Source: a virus (taxonomy: Duplodnaviria > Caudoviricetes). From it: a stretch of DNA of 54,513 bases. The position numbers and the translations under genes were made by a program. How positions within the stretch are numbered: position 1 is the first letter of the stretch; each line of letters begins with the position of its first letter. Under the pieces are notes generated by a model. That model ran no database searches, was not told where the DNA came from, and was given only the letters and a program-made list of their open reading frames with translations. The stretch is taken from positions 1-54,513 of the IMG/VR virus record IMGVR_UViG_3300032295_002835. One strand, written 5' to 3'. Positions 27,323-37,833 of this stretch are shown here, piece after piece.

Positions 27323-27673
27323 TTACTTGATCAGGGCGTATGGAGCATTCCATTTGCCAATGTTGACACTGATATAATGCGAGCAGTGAAAATAATCGGT
27401 CTGTGCATCCGAATGATCAAAGTAATCCGGACCGTACATGGCTGGGATAACTTCGCTCAGAAAGTCCTTGGCACGACCAGTAAAGTGTTCGTGGTACCAG
27501 TAGGGATTGACCTGGGCACGGTTGTCACCGAAGTCAATATCGCCTTGCTTGATATTCAGTACCAGGGTGCTGTGATTGCGAACAGCCAAGCTGGCTTTGA
27601 CATTGTATTTTTTGCAAATGGCCTTGATAGTGGGTGCCAGTTTTGCTTTCATCTCTTGGGAAACGTATGCCAT
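27323..27673 (-). CDS. hypothetical early protein
   Basis: 116 aa; own promoter and AAGGAG RBS; SDAQTDYF. Confidence 0.85.
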   Translation of the reverse strand: MAYVSQEMKAKLAPTIKAICKKYNVKASLAVRNHSTLVLNIKQGDIDFGDNRAQVNPYWYHEHFTGRAKDFLSEVIPAMYGPDYFDHSDAQTDYFHCSHYISVNIGKWNAPYALIK

Positions 27674-27705
27674 TTGTCGCGCTCCTTATCAGTTACTATA
27701 CCAAT

Positions 27706-27734
27706 ATTGTAGCAAAAAGACGAATTTTGGTCAA
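27706..27734 (-). promoter_or_regulatory. early promoter TTGACC-N17-TACAAT
   Basis: -35 27729-27734, -10 27706-27711. Confidence 0.8.
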
Positions 27735-27845
27735 CCAAAACAATGTTGCTGATCAGCTATGATGATTGTTGTCATCGGTAAAGGCAAAGTAGCCCCAGAT
27801 TGCAATCATTGCACAAATCAAAACAAACCAGATCATGTCATGCCC

Positions 27846-28076
27846 TTAGGTTAGCAATTTAACAATTAAACCGGTTGTATAAATTGCAAGAAGTGTTGCA
27901 TTAATTGTAATAAGACTCCACTCGCGCCATTTTATGGCCACAATCAGCCATAAAAAAGCACCTACATTCAACAGAGCTGGGCCCAGTGGGTAAATGTTAA
28001 CAGAAGTGCAAATCGCGCCCACAATTGTTACAAAAGTTGCAAGCCACTTTAGGTAAAATACAAAGTCTTTTTTCAT
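27846..28076 (-). CDS. small AT-rich 3-TM membrane protein
   Basis: Start MKKDFVF at 28076, just downstream of TTGACC-N17-TATACT (28083-28111). Confidence 0.75.
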   Translation of the reverse strand: MKKDFVFYLKWLATFVTIVGAICTSVNIYPLGPALLNVGAFLWLIVAIKWREWSLITINATLLAIYTTGLIVKLLT

Positions 28077-28107
28077 GCTCACAGTATAGCATGATTGGCC
28101 ATTTAGG

Positions 28108-30294
28108 TCAACTGGCGTTGATTTGGCTGCGTGATGTGGGGTAATTGTCCAGCAGTCCAGTGGCCAGGGCAGGATCAACAAAGTCATTGCCCGTGGTACC
28201 TTCGCCGGGAATCTGTGTTTGTGGTCTGCCCGAAATAGCAGCCGCATCCATGAGGGACTGATTGCTGGCTTCGCGTAGACTGCCCACAAGAGCCTGACCG
28301 CCTTCGGTGGCTGTGTTGGCTATGCTTTCAAGATATTGATAAGCGCCGCCTGTGATTTGGTCACGAGCGTATTCTGGAATGGCCTGAACAAAACTATAGA
28401 TGCTGGTTTGGTTGGGCACTATGTCTGTGGGTGTGAGTCCAGCTCTGGTAACCAAGTCTTGGAAATAGACCATTCTTGCAATTACATTGTTCCAAGCCGC
28501 GGTGGCCGCTGCTGATTCAGTGGGGTATGCTGCCACAATCGCATTAAGTTCCGCAGGCACCAGACTGGCCAATGTATTCACAGCCAAATCTCCAGCGGTG
28601 TATGGGAACGAATTGTTGTATACACCTGCACCTAGGCCAGCAGGCACAGTGACAGGACCTACAAATTGATCACCGTACAGACCACTGGCAACATTGTTCA
28701 TGCGATCATAAATGGTAGTCAAATTGGTGATGTTGGCACCGGCTGCGGTGACTATGGTATTGATTGCTGTGTTTACCGTGGCAAGATTATTAGCTACCAC
28801 TGTATCATTCACAGCCAGGCCCATGAAATCAAAATATGTGATGCTGTTGTATTCGCCTGTGCCTGTGGCAACGTCATTGTCAATAATGTTGATGACATTG
28901 GCGCTGATTGGCGTGGTTTGTGCCGCGATTGAACTTAGGCCTTGCATGGTCTGAAGATTGGGCAGCTCAACCGGTTGCCAATAGTTTGTGTTGTTGATGT
29001 CAGTGCCAGTGGGCACTGTGGTCAAGCTTTGATAATAGCTGGGTGTCGTGGCAGTGGCTACACTGACCACAGTGTTGGGCAGATATTCTTGATCTGGACT
29101 CCACACCCGGTCAGTTGAAGCTGCTACAGTCTCAGCCAGTTCTGGCCAAGTGGTGTTGGCAATGCCTGGAATATTTTGCAATGCCACCTGAATTGCTTTG
29201 TTGGCAGTGGCAGTGCCTTGTGGAATAATTTTGCCCAGTTCATCGCAGCCCGATAACGAAGGCAAATATGAATCCACCACAGGTTGTATGCTGGAATTCA
29301 CATTGCCAGCAGGATCAAAAATAAAAAGATTGCCATTGGGACTGGGTGTCAACAGAGTATCATAACTCAATGGAAACATTTTTACTGGATCCAGCAGTTG
29401 ATTGAGACTGGTGATATTGGGTGTGGTAACTCCCAGTATTTGTAGAATCTGTGCAAGATCATCACCGGTCACAGTGGTCATGGCCTGGTATGCCACTTTT
29501 TGCAGTCGGTCAAAGTCATTGGGCAATAGGCCATCCTGATTGAAAAGACTGTAGCGATTGTCAGTTACAAGATCTGTGATGTCCAATAGATTGGCGCCTT
29601 CACTAACCATGGCAGCTTCTATGGCCGGTAGTGTGCGCCCTTGTATCTTGGCTTCGGCTGAAATCTGTTGCAACAGAGCGGCCGGTGTACCATATAGATC
29701 TAGATTGGCTGTGTTGACCAGCCGACCCTGTCTGGCCAGATCATATCCAAATTGATCAAACACTGGATTCACATTGCTGATGTTGGCAGTGGTCAATGCA
29801 TCAAGGCTACTAAACGTAGGACCAAGATAGCCGTTGGCGTTCTCTTTGGCAAAAATCACTTGATTGGTGCTGGTGATAAATCCACTCACCACTGCGAATA
29901 TCTGTGCAAACACACTGTAGTCTGCGGCCTGACTGGGATAAGGACCTAGTCCACGATACAGGCCAGCCAATTGATTGATATAGTCCACCAACAACGGTGC
30001 TTGACCGTAATTTGACGCCAATGCACTGTTGGCCAATCCTGGACTACCAGTCAACCACAAACCAGTTTGGCCACTGCCTGACAGGAATCTCAAGGCACTG
30101 ACAGTGCTGTCGCTCATCCAACTTGGTGTGATGCTCAAAGCACCTGCGATTGTAGATCTCAAGCCTGAGATAAAATTGCTTTGATAATTGTTTATGGAAG
30201 TGGTAAGAGACGAGTTGACTGATTGAAGTCCCACATTGTCAACCATGTTGGCAGCCAAGGTCAACTGTAGTGGCGTGTATGAACTAATGGCCAT
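28108..30294 (-). CDS. probable virion structural (baseplate-associated) protein
   Basis: 728 aa, Ala/Thr/Asn-rich, coupled to PAAR gene. Confidence 0.7.
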   Translation of the reverse strand: MAISSYTPLQLTLAANMVDNVGLQSVNSSLTTSINNYQSNFISGLRSTIAGALSITPSWMSDSTVSALRFLSGSGQTGLWLTGSPGLANSALASNYGQAPLLVDYINQLAGLYRGLGPYPSQAADYSVFAQIFAVVSGFITSTNQVIFAKENANGYLGPTFSSLDALTTANISNVNPVFDQFGYDLARQGRLVNTANLDLYGTPAALLQQISAEAKIQGRTLPAIEAAMVSEGANLLDITDLVTDNRYSLFNQDGLLPNDFDRLQKVAYQAMTTVTGDDLAQILQILGVTTPNITSLNQLLDPVKMFPLSYDTLLTPSPNGNLFIFDPAGNVNSSIQPVVDSYLPSLSGCDELGKIIPQGTATANKAIQVALQNIPGIANTTWPELAETVAASTDRVWSPDQEYLPNTVVSVATATTPSYYQSLTTVPTGTDINNTNYWQPVELPNLQTMQGLSSIAAQTTPISANVINIIDNDVATGTGEYNSITYFDFMGLAVNDTVVANNLATVNTAINTIVTAAGANITNLTTIYDRMNNVASGLYGDQFVGPVTVPAGLGAGVYNNSFPYTAGDLAVNTLASLVPAELNAIVAAYPTESAAATAAWNNVIARMVYFQDLVTRAGLTPTDIVPNQTSIYSFVQAIPEYARDQITGGAYQYLESIANTATEGGQALVGSLREASNQSLMDAAAISGRPQTQIPGEGTTGNDFVDPALATGLLDNYPTSRSQINAS

Positions 30295-30578
30295 TAGTTT
30301 ACTCTAACATTGGGACTGCCACCAGATCTAGCATGTCCGCAACTGTCGCTGTCACCGGTACGTGTGACCGGAATGTTGCCAGCTCGCACATTGGGACTGG
30401 CCACAGACACTCGAGCCGAACAATGTGCTCCACATCTGCGACGACCGCAGCAGGGATGAGGTGTGACAGGATTGCCCTTGACAGCAATGGGACGATTGTT
30501 TACTCGTACTGATGCTACCCCACCAGTGACCACTCCACCGGCTGAATCGGCATCCCCTATTCGCTGTGCTGCTGGCAT
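30294..30578 (-). CDS. PAAR-repeat spike tip protein
   Basis: MPAAQRIGD, PIAVKG, PVTRTGD..SCGH, GSPNV. Confidence 0.9.
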   Translation of the reverse strand: MPAAQRIGDADSAGGVVTGGVASVRVNNRPIAVKGNPVTPHPCCGRRRCGAHCSARVSVASPNVRAGNIPVTRTGDSDSCGHARSGGSPNVRVN

Positions 30579-30579
30579 A

Positions 30580-30885
30580 TTATCCCAAGATCAGTTTCTT
30601 TTCAGGCACTGTGATACCTGTGGTGGCCTGTACATATTTCATGCGTACTTCTTCGTCAGTGATGACAAACAGGCTCACGCTGTTGATATTTAGTGATGCA
30701 TTTTCGTGGCGATCGCCTGTGAACAAACTGGGCACCAGGCCAATGCCCTGTGGTCCCGGAGCCACACTCACAGGTTCGTTGAGTTGCACTGAGTATTCGT
30801 TCTGTGATTCCACCTTGGCAATGAGTTCCTCACCACTGTTGAGTTTAAAGGTATAGACTTTGCCAATTTCAAGAGCCAATTTCAT
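30580..30885 (-). CDS. hypothetical protein (Sm-like fold suspected)
   Basis: TFKLNSGEELIAKV pattern. Confidence 0.75.
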   Translation of the reverse strand: MKLALEIGKVYTFKLNSGEELIAKVESQNEYSVQLNEPVSVAPGPQGIGLVPSLFTGDRHENASLNINSVSLFVITDEEVRMKYVQATTGITVPEKKLILG

Positions 30886-31115
30886 GAGTTTCCTTTGAGA
30901 AGTTTTTGTCGTAGTTCCTGAAATCCACCCACATGGCTGTCATCCAGAAAGATCTGTGGCAGAGTCCGCGCTGTGGGCACTGCTTCTAATAATTGTTGTT
31001 TTGTCCAATCCTGTGAGATATTGCGTTCTTCGTATTCTATACCTCGGCTCTCCAGAAGAGCCTTGGCCTGGACGCAGAATGGACATGCGTCCTTGGACCA
31101 CACTATTGCTTTCAT
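30882..31115 (-). CDS. grxC: glutaredoxin
   Basis: CPFC active site, TLPQIF, VGGF; follows nrdB. Confidence 0.92.
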   Translation of the reverse strand: MKAIVWSKDACPFCVQAKALLESRGIEYEERNISQDWTKQQLLEAVPTARTLPQIFLDDSHVGGFQELRQKLLKGNS

Positions 31116-31126
31116 TGTTTCCTCTA

Positions 31127-32227
31127 TTATAGATCTGGTAGTGCATCGTAGTCAAGGCTGTCGCTCATGACTCCGATAACATAGTTAGTTGATTCGCTTT
31201 CCTGCAGCGCAGTTTGTTTCTTGTGTGTGTCTACGTGCTTGTTGAACCAAGGAATGGGAGTGGTTCTTGGTGCCGGATTCCAGTACTTGATACCAATTTC
31301 TTTCAAGGCGTTGACTGCCGTATAGTCCACAAAGTCTTTGAGGATGGCCGCATTGAGACCAATCACCGGACCACGAGAAAACAGATAGTCGGCCCAGGCT
31401 TTTTCTTCTTGTATGACATCTGCATAAATGGTCATAACTTCGGCTTCACATGCAATCTTGGCCTGTGCAAATCTTGGATCTTCTTTCACAACCTGATTGA
31501 TGATCCAACCAGTCCTATCACGATGCAAGATTTCATCTTGTAGGATCAAGCTGATGATGTTGCCATTGCCAATAAAGATCTTGTTTTCTACCATGGCCAA
31601 GCTTGTGGCAAAGCTCACCATGAAGCGGAACGCTTCCAGGGCATAGCTGGCGTGTAGGGCTAGGTAAATGGCCTGCACATGATCCTGTTCGTCCACGGAT
31701 TTGCCAACTTCTTTCTGGCAATTGATTTCGTGCAACTTGTCGTAATACTTGCCAACACTTGATGCCATGTCAACAATTTCCTGTGTGTCGTGGATGGTAT
31801 TAAACACTTCCTTGGGCACATTGTAGATGTTGCGAATGATGTGGCTGTAGCTACGACTGTGAATGTTGGTTTCAAAGAATGTCCAATTGTAGACCAAGGC
31901 TTCAAGTTCGGGCAGACTCACAACCGGAGTAAAGATTTGACTTGGGCCTCGACCCTGCAGACTGTCCAGTGCTGTTTGACGCAACAGGTTGCTGGTAAAG
32001 ATATGACGCACAGTTTCCGACGCATCCTTGAAGTCAGCAGAGTCTTTGGTGAGATTGATTTCCTCAGGCACCCAAAAGAATCCACGAGCTTCCTGTTCAA
32101 ACTTCACTATCTTGTTGTATTTGACTTCTTCAAATCGTTGGATGGTTACAGGACCGGCCGGATCCAAAAACATCTTGCGGCTGAGATAATCGGTACGATT
32201 GCGTAGGTTGTATTGTGCTTGACTCAT
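31127..32227 (-). CDS. nrdB: ribonucleotide reductase class Ia beta subunit
   Basis: FFWVPEE, LDSLQGR, ETNIHSRSY, LEAFRF, DEILH, QESESTNY. Confidence 0.95.
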   Translation of the reverse strand: MSQAQYNLRNRTDYLSRKMFLDPAGPVTIQRFEEVKYNKIVKFEQEARGFFWVPEEINLTKDSADFKDASETVRHIFTSNLLRQTALDSLQGRGPSQIFTPVVSLPELEALVYNWTFFETNIHSRSYSHIIRNIYNVPKEVFNTIHDTQEIVDMASSVGKYYDKLHEINCQKEVGKSVDEQDHVQAIYLALHASYALEAFRFMVSFATSLAMVENKIFIGNGNIISLILQDEILHRDRTGWIINQVVKEDPRFAQAKIACEAEVMTIYADVIQEEKAWADYLFSRGPVIGLNAAILKDFVDYTAVNALKEIGIKYWNPAPRTTPIPWFNKHVDTHKKQTALQESESTNYVIGVMSDSLDYDALPDL

Positions 32228-32235
32228 GATATTTT

Positions 32236-33279
32236 TTAATTGTAATTGTACAGCAAACCGCCATCAGTTGTGCGGTGAGTTATTCCGATTGTGGCATGTG
32301 GGCGCACTGCCATTACAGCACACACAGCCGGTCCCCAGTGTCCTAGATCCAGTGTGAGTCGATGTTTACCTTGTGCCATGCCCATTCTGGGAACCAGTAA
32401 CACAGTTTGTTGTCTAAACTGTTGAGTATCCAATTCCAAACACAAACTGTCGGCGTTCCAGTCTATGGGCTGAACCCTGGTACCATCTGCGTCCTGAGTA
32501 GTCACAGTTCCTGCCACAGCATCCAGACGATAACTGGCCACTACTGGAGCAGACTCATGAGTGAGTCTTTGCCAAGGAATGTATCCCCATGCAGTTTCCA
32601 CACCGGTGCCCAGTCGATGTATGCCTGGTGCTAGACTGTCAAAGTCAGGGCGGTGATCAAATGCCAAGTCTGCTATCAATTTTTGAAAATCGTGATCAAT
32701 GTCAACTCCAGGATAGAAACTGGTGTGTTCTTGATTGCCTGTCACAGACTGATAAGCAAAACTGTCACACACTGGCATAGCATGAATCTCCATCCAGTAC
32801 ACACTGGGCAGGAATTGTGCACCAGGTTCGCGTGGCAAACTGTGCCACAGCGATTCACCCCAGAGATTTCCATTCACAGTTTCAGAAAACAAAACACGAC
32901 CAGGTTCGCTGGCTTGATGTTGATAAGTGGTATTTCTTAACTCAATTTTGTCCTGGAGTTTGAGAGTTTCAATGATGTACTGACCCAGTTGATAACGGTC
33001 AGCATTGTTTTCATAGGCCACAACATGCCTAGCTCCATGCTTCAAAGCCAGCATGGTCAACGAACCAGTTCCAAATCCAATGTCAATGCAGTTTCTGTCA
33101 CGCACATGTTCAGCCATGACACAATCATAAAACTGATTGCGCACATGATCATTGATCATTGGCCACGAAACACCATCATGATGCTGCCAATTTATATGTG
33201 TGAACAGTGTTTTGGGATGTTGATAGCCTAGAGGTTTGTCCATGCTGTCAAGATGTTGACCTGTTGTCACAGCTTGCAT
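32236..33279 (-). CDS. class I SAM-dependent methyltransferase (PRMT-like)
   Basis: MINDHVRN..Y, IDIGFGTG, GARHVVAYE, FSE...GE; start may be 33243. Confidence 0.75.
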   Translation of the reverse strand: MQAVTTGQHLDSMDKPLGYQHPKTLFTHINWQHHDGVSWPMINDHVRNQFYDCVMAEHVRDRNCIDIGFGTGSLTMLALKHGARHVVAYENNADRYQLGQYIIETLKLQDKIELRNTTYQHQASEPGRVLFSETVNGNLWGESLWHSLPREPGAQFLPSVYWMEIHAMPVCDSFAYQSVTGNQEHTSFYPGVDIDHDFQKLIADLAFDHRPDFDSLAPGIHRLGTGVETAWGYIPWQRLTHESAPVVASYRLDAVAGTVTTQDADGTRVQPIDWNADSLCLELDTQQFRQQTVLLVPRMGMAQGKHRLTLDLGHWGPAVCAVMAVRPHATIGITHRTTDGGLLYNYN

Positions 33280-35582
33280 GCCTCACAATCTTCGTCCAAC
33301 ATGGGTTCCAACGCCAAGGGTGTTTCCTGGGTGTCTACCTGTTTCACGCCCTGTTTGTTGATCAGGCTGTAGTAAAAAGTTTTTAATCCCCAACGATGTG
33401 CCTGCATGAGATTGGCAGCAATCAATGTGGTTGGAACTTTACGCTCCGGAAAATGTGCTGGATTGTAAAACGTGTTGGTGCTGATGCTTTGGTCCACATA
33501 GGCTGCCAACACCGCTGCGGTCTTGATATAACCTATGCAGTCAGTCTGTTCCCACATCAACTGATAACGATTACGCAGTCGCTGATATTCAGGAACCACT
33601 TGTGTGAATGATCCGGCCTTGCTTTCTTTCACTGTGATCAAGCTCATGGGCATTTCAATGCCATTGGTTGAATTGATCACCACTGAACTGGATTCCACAG
33701 GTGCAATGGCCATCAAGGTAGCATTGCGTACACCATGTTGTTTCATGTTGGCACGCAGAGTTTCCCAGTCCAGTTCTGGCACAAAGTCTGTGAGTTCATT
33801 CACGGCCTGCGCTCTACGCTCCCAGGGAAACACGCCACGACCATACCAGGTGTGATCACTGTCTCGGCAGCGTCCACGTTCCTTGGCCAGTTCCACTGTG
33901 GCTTCGGTGAGGTAGAAGGCCTGATGTTCCATCCAGGTCTTGACCTCGGCCAGGGCGTCGGCTTCACCGTAGTCTAGATCACGCTTGGCATGCCAGTAGG
34001 CCAAGTTTGTGACGCCAATGCCTAGTGGCTGGATTTCCTCGTTGCTGAGTTGGCTTTGAATTGATAGGAAATCTTGATAGTCCAGTATGTTGCATAGACT
34101 GCGTTGTAAAATTCTACAGGCACGGCGCATGTCTTCAGGATTGCGGAATGCACCCCAGTTGATACTGCCCAGAGTGCAGAGAGCAATACGCCCTTCAGCA
34201 TCGTCTAGACGCCGGAAAGGACGTGTGGGCAACAGAATTTCGCAGCAGAGATTGCTTTGATAGATTGTGTGATATTCAGGATCAAACGGACCTTGATTGA
34301 TCACGTTGTCAATGAACACTAAGTAGATGCGTCCGGTGTCGGTGCGTTCTTTGAGAATGCCTGACTTGAATACTTCTTCTGCGCTCATGACTTTCTTGCG
34401 TAGGTCACGACGTCGTTCGTACTTTACGTAAAGTTCCTCGAATAGCGCAGTGTCTTTATAGAAGGCTTCATATAGGTCAGGAACTTCGTTGGGGTCGAAG
34501 AACGTAATGTTCTCCTTGTTCTTAAAGCGACGCCAGAAGAATGCAGATAACACGACACCATAATCCATGTGTCGTACCCGGGTCTCTTCGGTGCCTTGGT
34601 TGTTTTTGAGAACAATGAGGTCATCAAACTGATGATGCCATATGGGATAGAAAACCGTAGCCGAAGCATTTCTTATTCCTCCTTGACTGCAACTGCGCAG
34701 GTCACCAAACCACTTCTTCAAGAATGGAATCATGCCTGTGTGCATGATTTCGCCACCTCTGATGGGACTGCCTAATGGACGTAGTCTTCCAATCTCTAAA
34801 CCAATGCCGGCACGTTTGCTGGCATACTTGGCCATCATTTCACCGCTAGCGAATATACTATCCAGGTCATCATCAGACCTAATAAGAACGCAAGAACTAA
34901 ATTGTTTAGTCGGAGTGCCAAGACCAGCAAGCACAGGAGTAGCAAGAGTGAAAAGCCCATCACTAGCAGCATTATAATATTCCTTGATGTACTTCATGCG
35001 AGCCGTGTTTGGCTCTTCGCGGTGAAACACTGTGGCAGCGGCAATCATGTAGCGTACCTGGGGTGTTTCAAATATTTCCTTGGTGCTGCGATTGCGCACA
35101 AGATATTTTTCAATCAGCTGTTCAATGGCAGCATAGCTGTACTGCTCGTCGCGCGAATGATCAATGATGTCATTCATGCGGTTCCAGTCTTCTTCGCTGT
35201 ACCACTCCAGGAGCTCGGGTGTATAAAGACCAACCTCCACATTTCGCTGTACAATGGCGTAGAGGTGAGGAGGTTGATATGAACCATAAACGTCCTTTCT
35301 CAACATGGAAAGACGCTGTTTGCCAGCCACGTGTTGATAATTGACATGTCCAACTTCAGGATTGGCTTCCACATCAATCAAGTCAACAATGGCCCGCAAC
35401 GTGATGCCATCAATTTCGCGAGTGCTGATGCCATCATAAAAATGCATTTGAGCCTTGATTTCGATCATGCTCTGACTTACGTCTGATGTGCCTTGACACA
35501 CCTTGGCAATTTGATTTTGCCATTTTTCTAGTGACAATGGCTCGCGGGCACCATTGCGTTTGACAACACTGATAGTTTTCAT
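33267..35582 (-). CDS. nrdA: ribonucleotide reductase class Ia alpha subunit
   Basis: ATP cone VVKRNG, ATPV, FSSC, SNLCCEI, KTFYY, C-terminal CEAC. Confidence 0.97.
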   Translation of the reverse strand: MKTISVVKRNGAREPLSLEKWQNQIAKVCQGTSDVSQSMIEIKAQMHFYDGISTREIDGITLRAIVDLIDVEANPEVGHVNYQHVAGKQRLSMLRKDVYGSYQPPHLYAIVQRNVEVGLYTPELLEWYSEEDWNRMNDIIDHSRDEQYSYAAIEQLIEKYLVRNRSTKEIFETPQVRYMIAAATVFHREEPNTARMKYIKEYYNAASDGLFTLATPVLAGLGTPTKQFSSCVLIRSDDDLDSIFASGEMMAKYASKRAGIGLEIGRLRPLGSPIRGGEIMHTGMIPFLKKWFGDLRSCSQGGIRNASATVFYPIWHHQFDDLIVLKNNQGTEETRVRHMDYGVVLSAFFWRRFKNKENITFFDPNEVPDLYEAFYKDTALFEELYVKYERRRDLRKKVMSAEEVFKSGILKERTDTGRIYLVFIDNVINQGPFDPEYHTIYQSNLCCEILLPTRPFRRLDDAEGRIALCTLGSINWGAFRNPEDMRRACRILQRSLCNILDYQDFLSIQSQLSNEEIQPLGIGVTNLAYWHAKRDLDYGEADALAEVKTWMEHQAFYLTEATVELAKERGRCRDSDHTWYGRGVFPWERRAQAVNELTDFVPELDWETLRANMKQHGVRNATLMAIAPVESSSVVINSTNGIEMPMSLITVKESKAGSFTQVVPEYQRLRNRYQLMWEQTDCIGYIKTAAVLAAYVDQSISTNTFYNPAHFPERKVPTTLIAANLMQAHRWGLKTFYYSLINKQGVKQVDTQETPLALEPMLDEDCEACKL

Positions 35583-35593
35583 TGGTTTTTATT

Positions 35594-36019
35594 TTATTTT
35601 AGTTGGGCTAGGATTTGGTGTTGCGACACCGATCGTCGCGGCTGAATTGGCCCTAGGTTGATATTTACAATAGAACTCTGGTCCCAATTCAATATATATT
35701 TCTCTTGATGGGCCAGGACTAAATTGTATTCTCCGTTGTCAATCAAACAACTGTCTTCAAGATCTTCACGTTCTAGCATGGCTATAGTGTACATGATTCC
35801 TAGCCCGCGAGCAACATCACAGAACACATTGTCACTCAATAATTGCCAAGGGTCCGGCCAGGTCTGTTTATCATCCCAGTGTAGGTAATAGGCGCACCAA
35901 GGAGATTGAAACCACCAGGCATTGATGGCTTCCAGCGCAGATTTGGTGTCAAGATCTTGACAGCGATGGCGAAGAGTAGACCAAGACTGCAATCTCAGTG
36001 CAAAGGTATTGGGCCACAT
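35594..36019 (-). CDS. hypothetical protein
   Basis: 141-aa Trp-rich ORF (WPDPWQLL...FC) directly after tail gene. Confidence 0.8.
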   Translation of the reverse strand: MWPNTFALRLQSWSTLRHRCQDLDTKSALEAINAWWFQSPWCAYYLHWDDKQTWPDPWQLLSDNVFCDVARGLGIMYTIAMLEREDLEDSCLIDNGEYNLVLAHQEKYILNWDQSSIVNINLGPIQPRRSVSQHQILAQLK

Positions 36020-37804
36020 TTAGTAGAGATAGCTAATACTGTACTTTATTTGACCATCACCACTGCCGTTGGCAGTGTAGTTTATTGAAATTTCGGGATC
36101 CACTATGCTACCGTTGTGAGCAGCTTCCAAGGTCACAGCAGCATTGCCGTTGTCCACATAGTCATCAACCCAGCTGAAACCCGTGCCCGGTGTGCCGGAC
36201 TGTCCTGTCGCCACTGTCATGCGACCGGTGCGAACTTTGTCACTACGTATGATTGTGTATTCAAACAAAAAAGCCTGTATTTCGCCCCCAACCACGGCCA
36301 AGGTGTTGAATGCGCTATCGTCATTGATGATATCAGCAGTGCCGGCCACTCGTTTGTAGGCACCCAATTCAATGACATTTCTGCGAGTGTTGTCTACCAC
36401 ATTGTTTTGATAAAGTTCTACAAATCTTTGATTGCCGCCCAAGACCACAGCATCTGTGGCGTTGATTTCAATTCTAGGAAAAAGGTCAGCGGCAGCGGCA
36501 CCGCGCTCAAACATGTCGCCTATACTGACATTGAGATTGGCATCAAGATTGATAATTTCAAATTGAGGAAAGGCCTCACCTAGAAATCCGTTGCCTACAT
36601 CATAAAACGTGTTGTAGGCACTGATATTTCTTGACACACTGTCAAACACGATGCCTTGGGCTGCAACTTCGTCAAACAAACACTGCACCACTCTAGTTCC
36701 TGTGGGTCCGCCGTTGACCGGTGATCCGCTTCCCAACACTACACCTTGGAACAAGGTATCAAAAGCCGTGTTGGTAAATGACACGTTTTCTATCTGCTGA
36801 TTGGAAAATGCACCAATGCTGAATCCTGTGACATGACTGTTGTTGATAGTGACATTGCGAGTGATCAATGTGGCCGAACTGGTAAATTCAAATCCCTGGG
36901 CCGACACAGGTGCAATGCTGATACTGGCTATGGTCTGTGGACCTTGCACGGTGACTGCATCAATAAAGCAGTTTTCTGCATATTCGATCAAGACGCCGTT
37001 GTTGGTGCTGTCGCTTTCAAATTGCATGCCAGAAATGCGCAGATTGCCTGGAGGCAAGGCACCATTGGTACCAATATTGACTCCGGTCTGTTGCAGACTG
37101 TCGGTGGTGCGAGCCATGTAGCTGGGCAGCGTTGTGGACTGCCAATATGTGTTGCTGGCGGGTGGCGTGGGTAATGCTTCGCCAATAGGCACCGGAATCA
37201 AGCTGCGGAAATAGTTTCCACCGCTCTCTACCAGTACACCTTGCGCATAGGCCACAGTATTGGTCCAGGGCAGAACCTGAAACTTGATTTTGGTGCTTTT
37301 GTTGCCCTCGCCGTACAGGGTGCAGAACGGTGGGATCAGCAGGGTATCACTGATGATATAGGTGCCACCTGGGAAAAACAGGCTGCGTCTGATCTGCGGA
37401 TTGACTTCACGGCAAAACATCTGGTTCAGCGCCCGATTGATGTCAGCGGTGACATCAGTTACTCCGTCGCCAGTGGCGCCAAAGTCTGTGATCACTGCAT
37501 AGCTGTCCAGTCTGCTCTGTATGCTTTGGCTCACCGGAGCACTGGGTGTGGCGCCGGTTTGCACAGCATAGCCTGCTGCCAAGCCTTGATAGATGTATTG
37601 ATTGGCAAAACTCAGTACATCGCTGAATTCTGTCAAAACTTCGGTGTTGCCAATCACTGGTGCGCCGTCGGCTAGATCGCCGTTGCCAATAAACAAGCGT
37701 CGCTCGTCTACGGCCCAGCCCAGTTCACCCCCAGCCAATGGCTGCGGAAGATCAACCAATAAACCCTTGCGCTGTGTGATACGAGATATTTGTACAATTG
37801 CCAC
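36020..37804 (-). CDS. tail fibre/spike-like protein with pectate-lyase-type beta-helix
   Basis: LAGGELGWAVDERRLFIG, DFGATGDGVTD, LFFPGGTY; GTG start. Confidence 0.8.
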   Translation of the reverse strand: MAIVQISRITQRKGLLVDLPQPLAGGELGWAVDERRLFIGNGDLADGAPVIGNTEVLTEFSDVLSFANQYIYQGLAAGYAVQTGATPSAPVSQSIQSRLDSYAVITDFGATGDGVTDVTADINRALNQMFCREVNPQIRRSLFFPGGTYIISDTLLIPPFCTLYGEGNKSTKIKFQVLPWTNTVAYAQGVLVESGGNYFRSLIPVPIGEALPTPPASNTYWQSTTLPSYMARTTDSLQQTGVNIGTNGALPPGNLRISGMQFESDSTNNGVLIEYAENCFIDAVTVQGPQTIASISIAPVSAQGFEFTSSATLITRNVTINNSHVTGFSIGAFSNQQIENVSFTNTAFDTLFQGVVLGSGSPVNGGPTGTRVVQCLFDEVAAQGIVFDSVSRNISAYNTFYDVGNGFLGEAFPQFEIINLDANLNVSIGDMFERGAAAADLFPRIEINATDAVVLGGNQRFVELYQNNVVDNTRRNVIELGAYKRVAGTADIINDDSAFNTLAVVGGEIQAFLFEYTIIRSDKVRTGRMTVATGQSGTPGTGFSWVDDYVDNGNAAVTLEAAHNGSIVDPEISINYTANGSGDGQIKYSISYLY

Positions 37805-37833
37805 GGTGTTTGTCCTTGAGTGCTATCTCATAT

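Noticed and set aside
31127-35582. Introns/inteins in nrdA or nrdB
   Set aside because: Both ORFs are continuous and of normal length with no intein motifs
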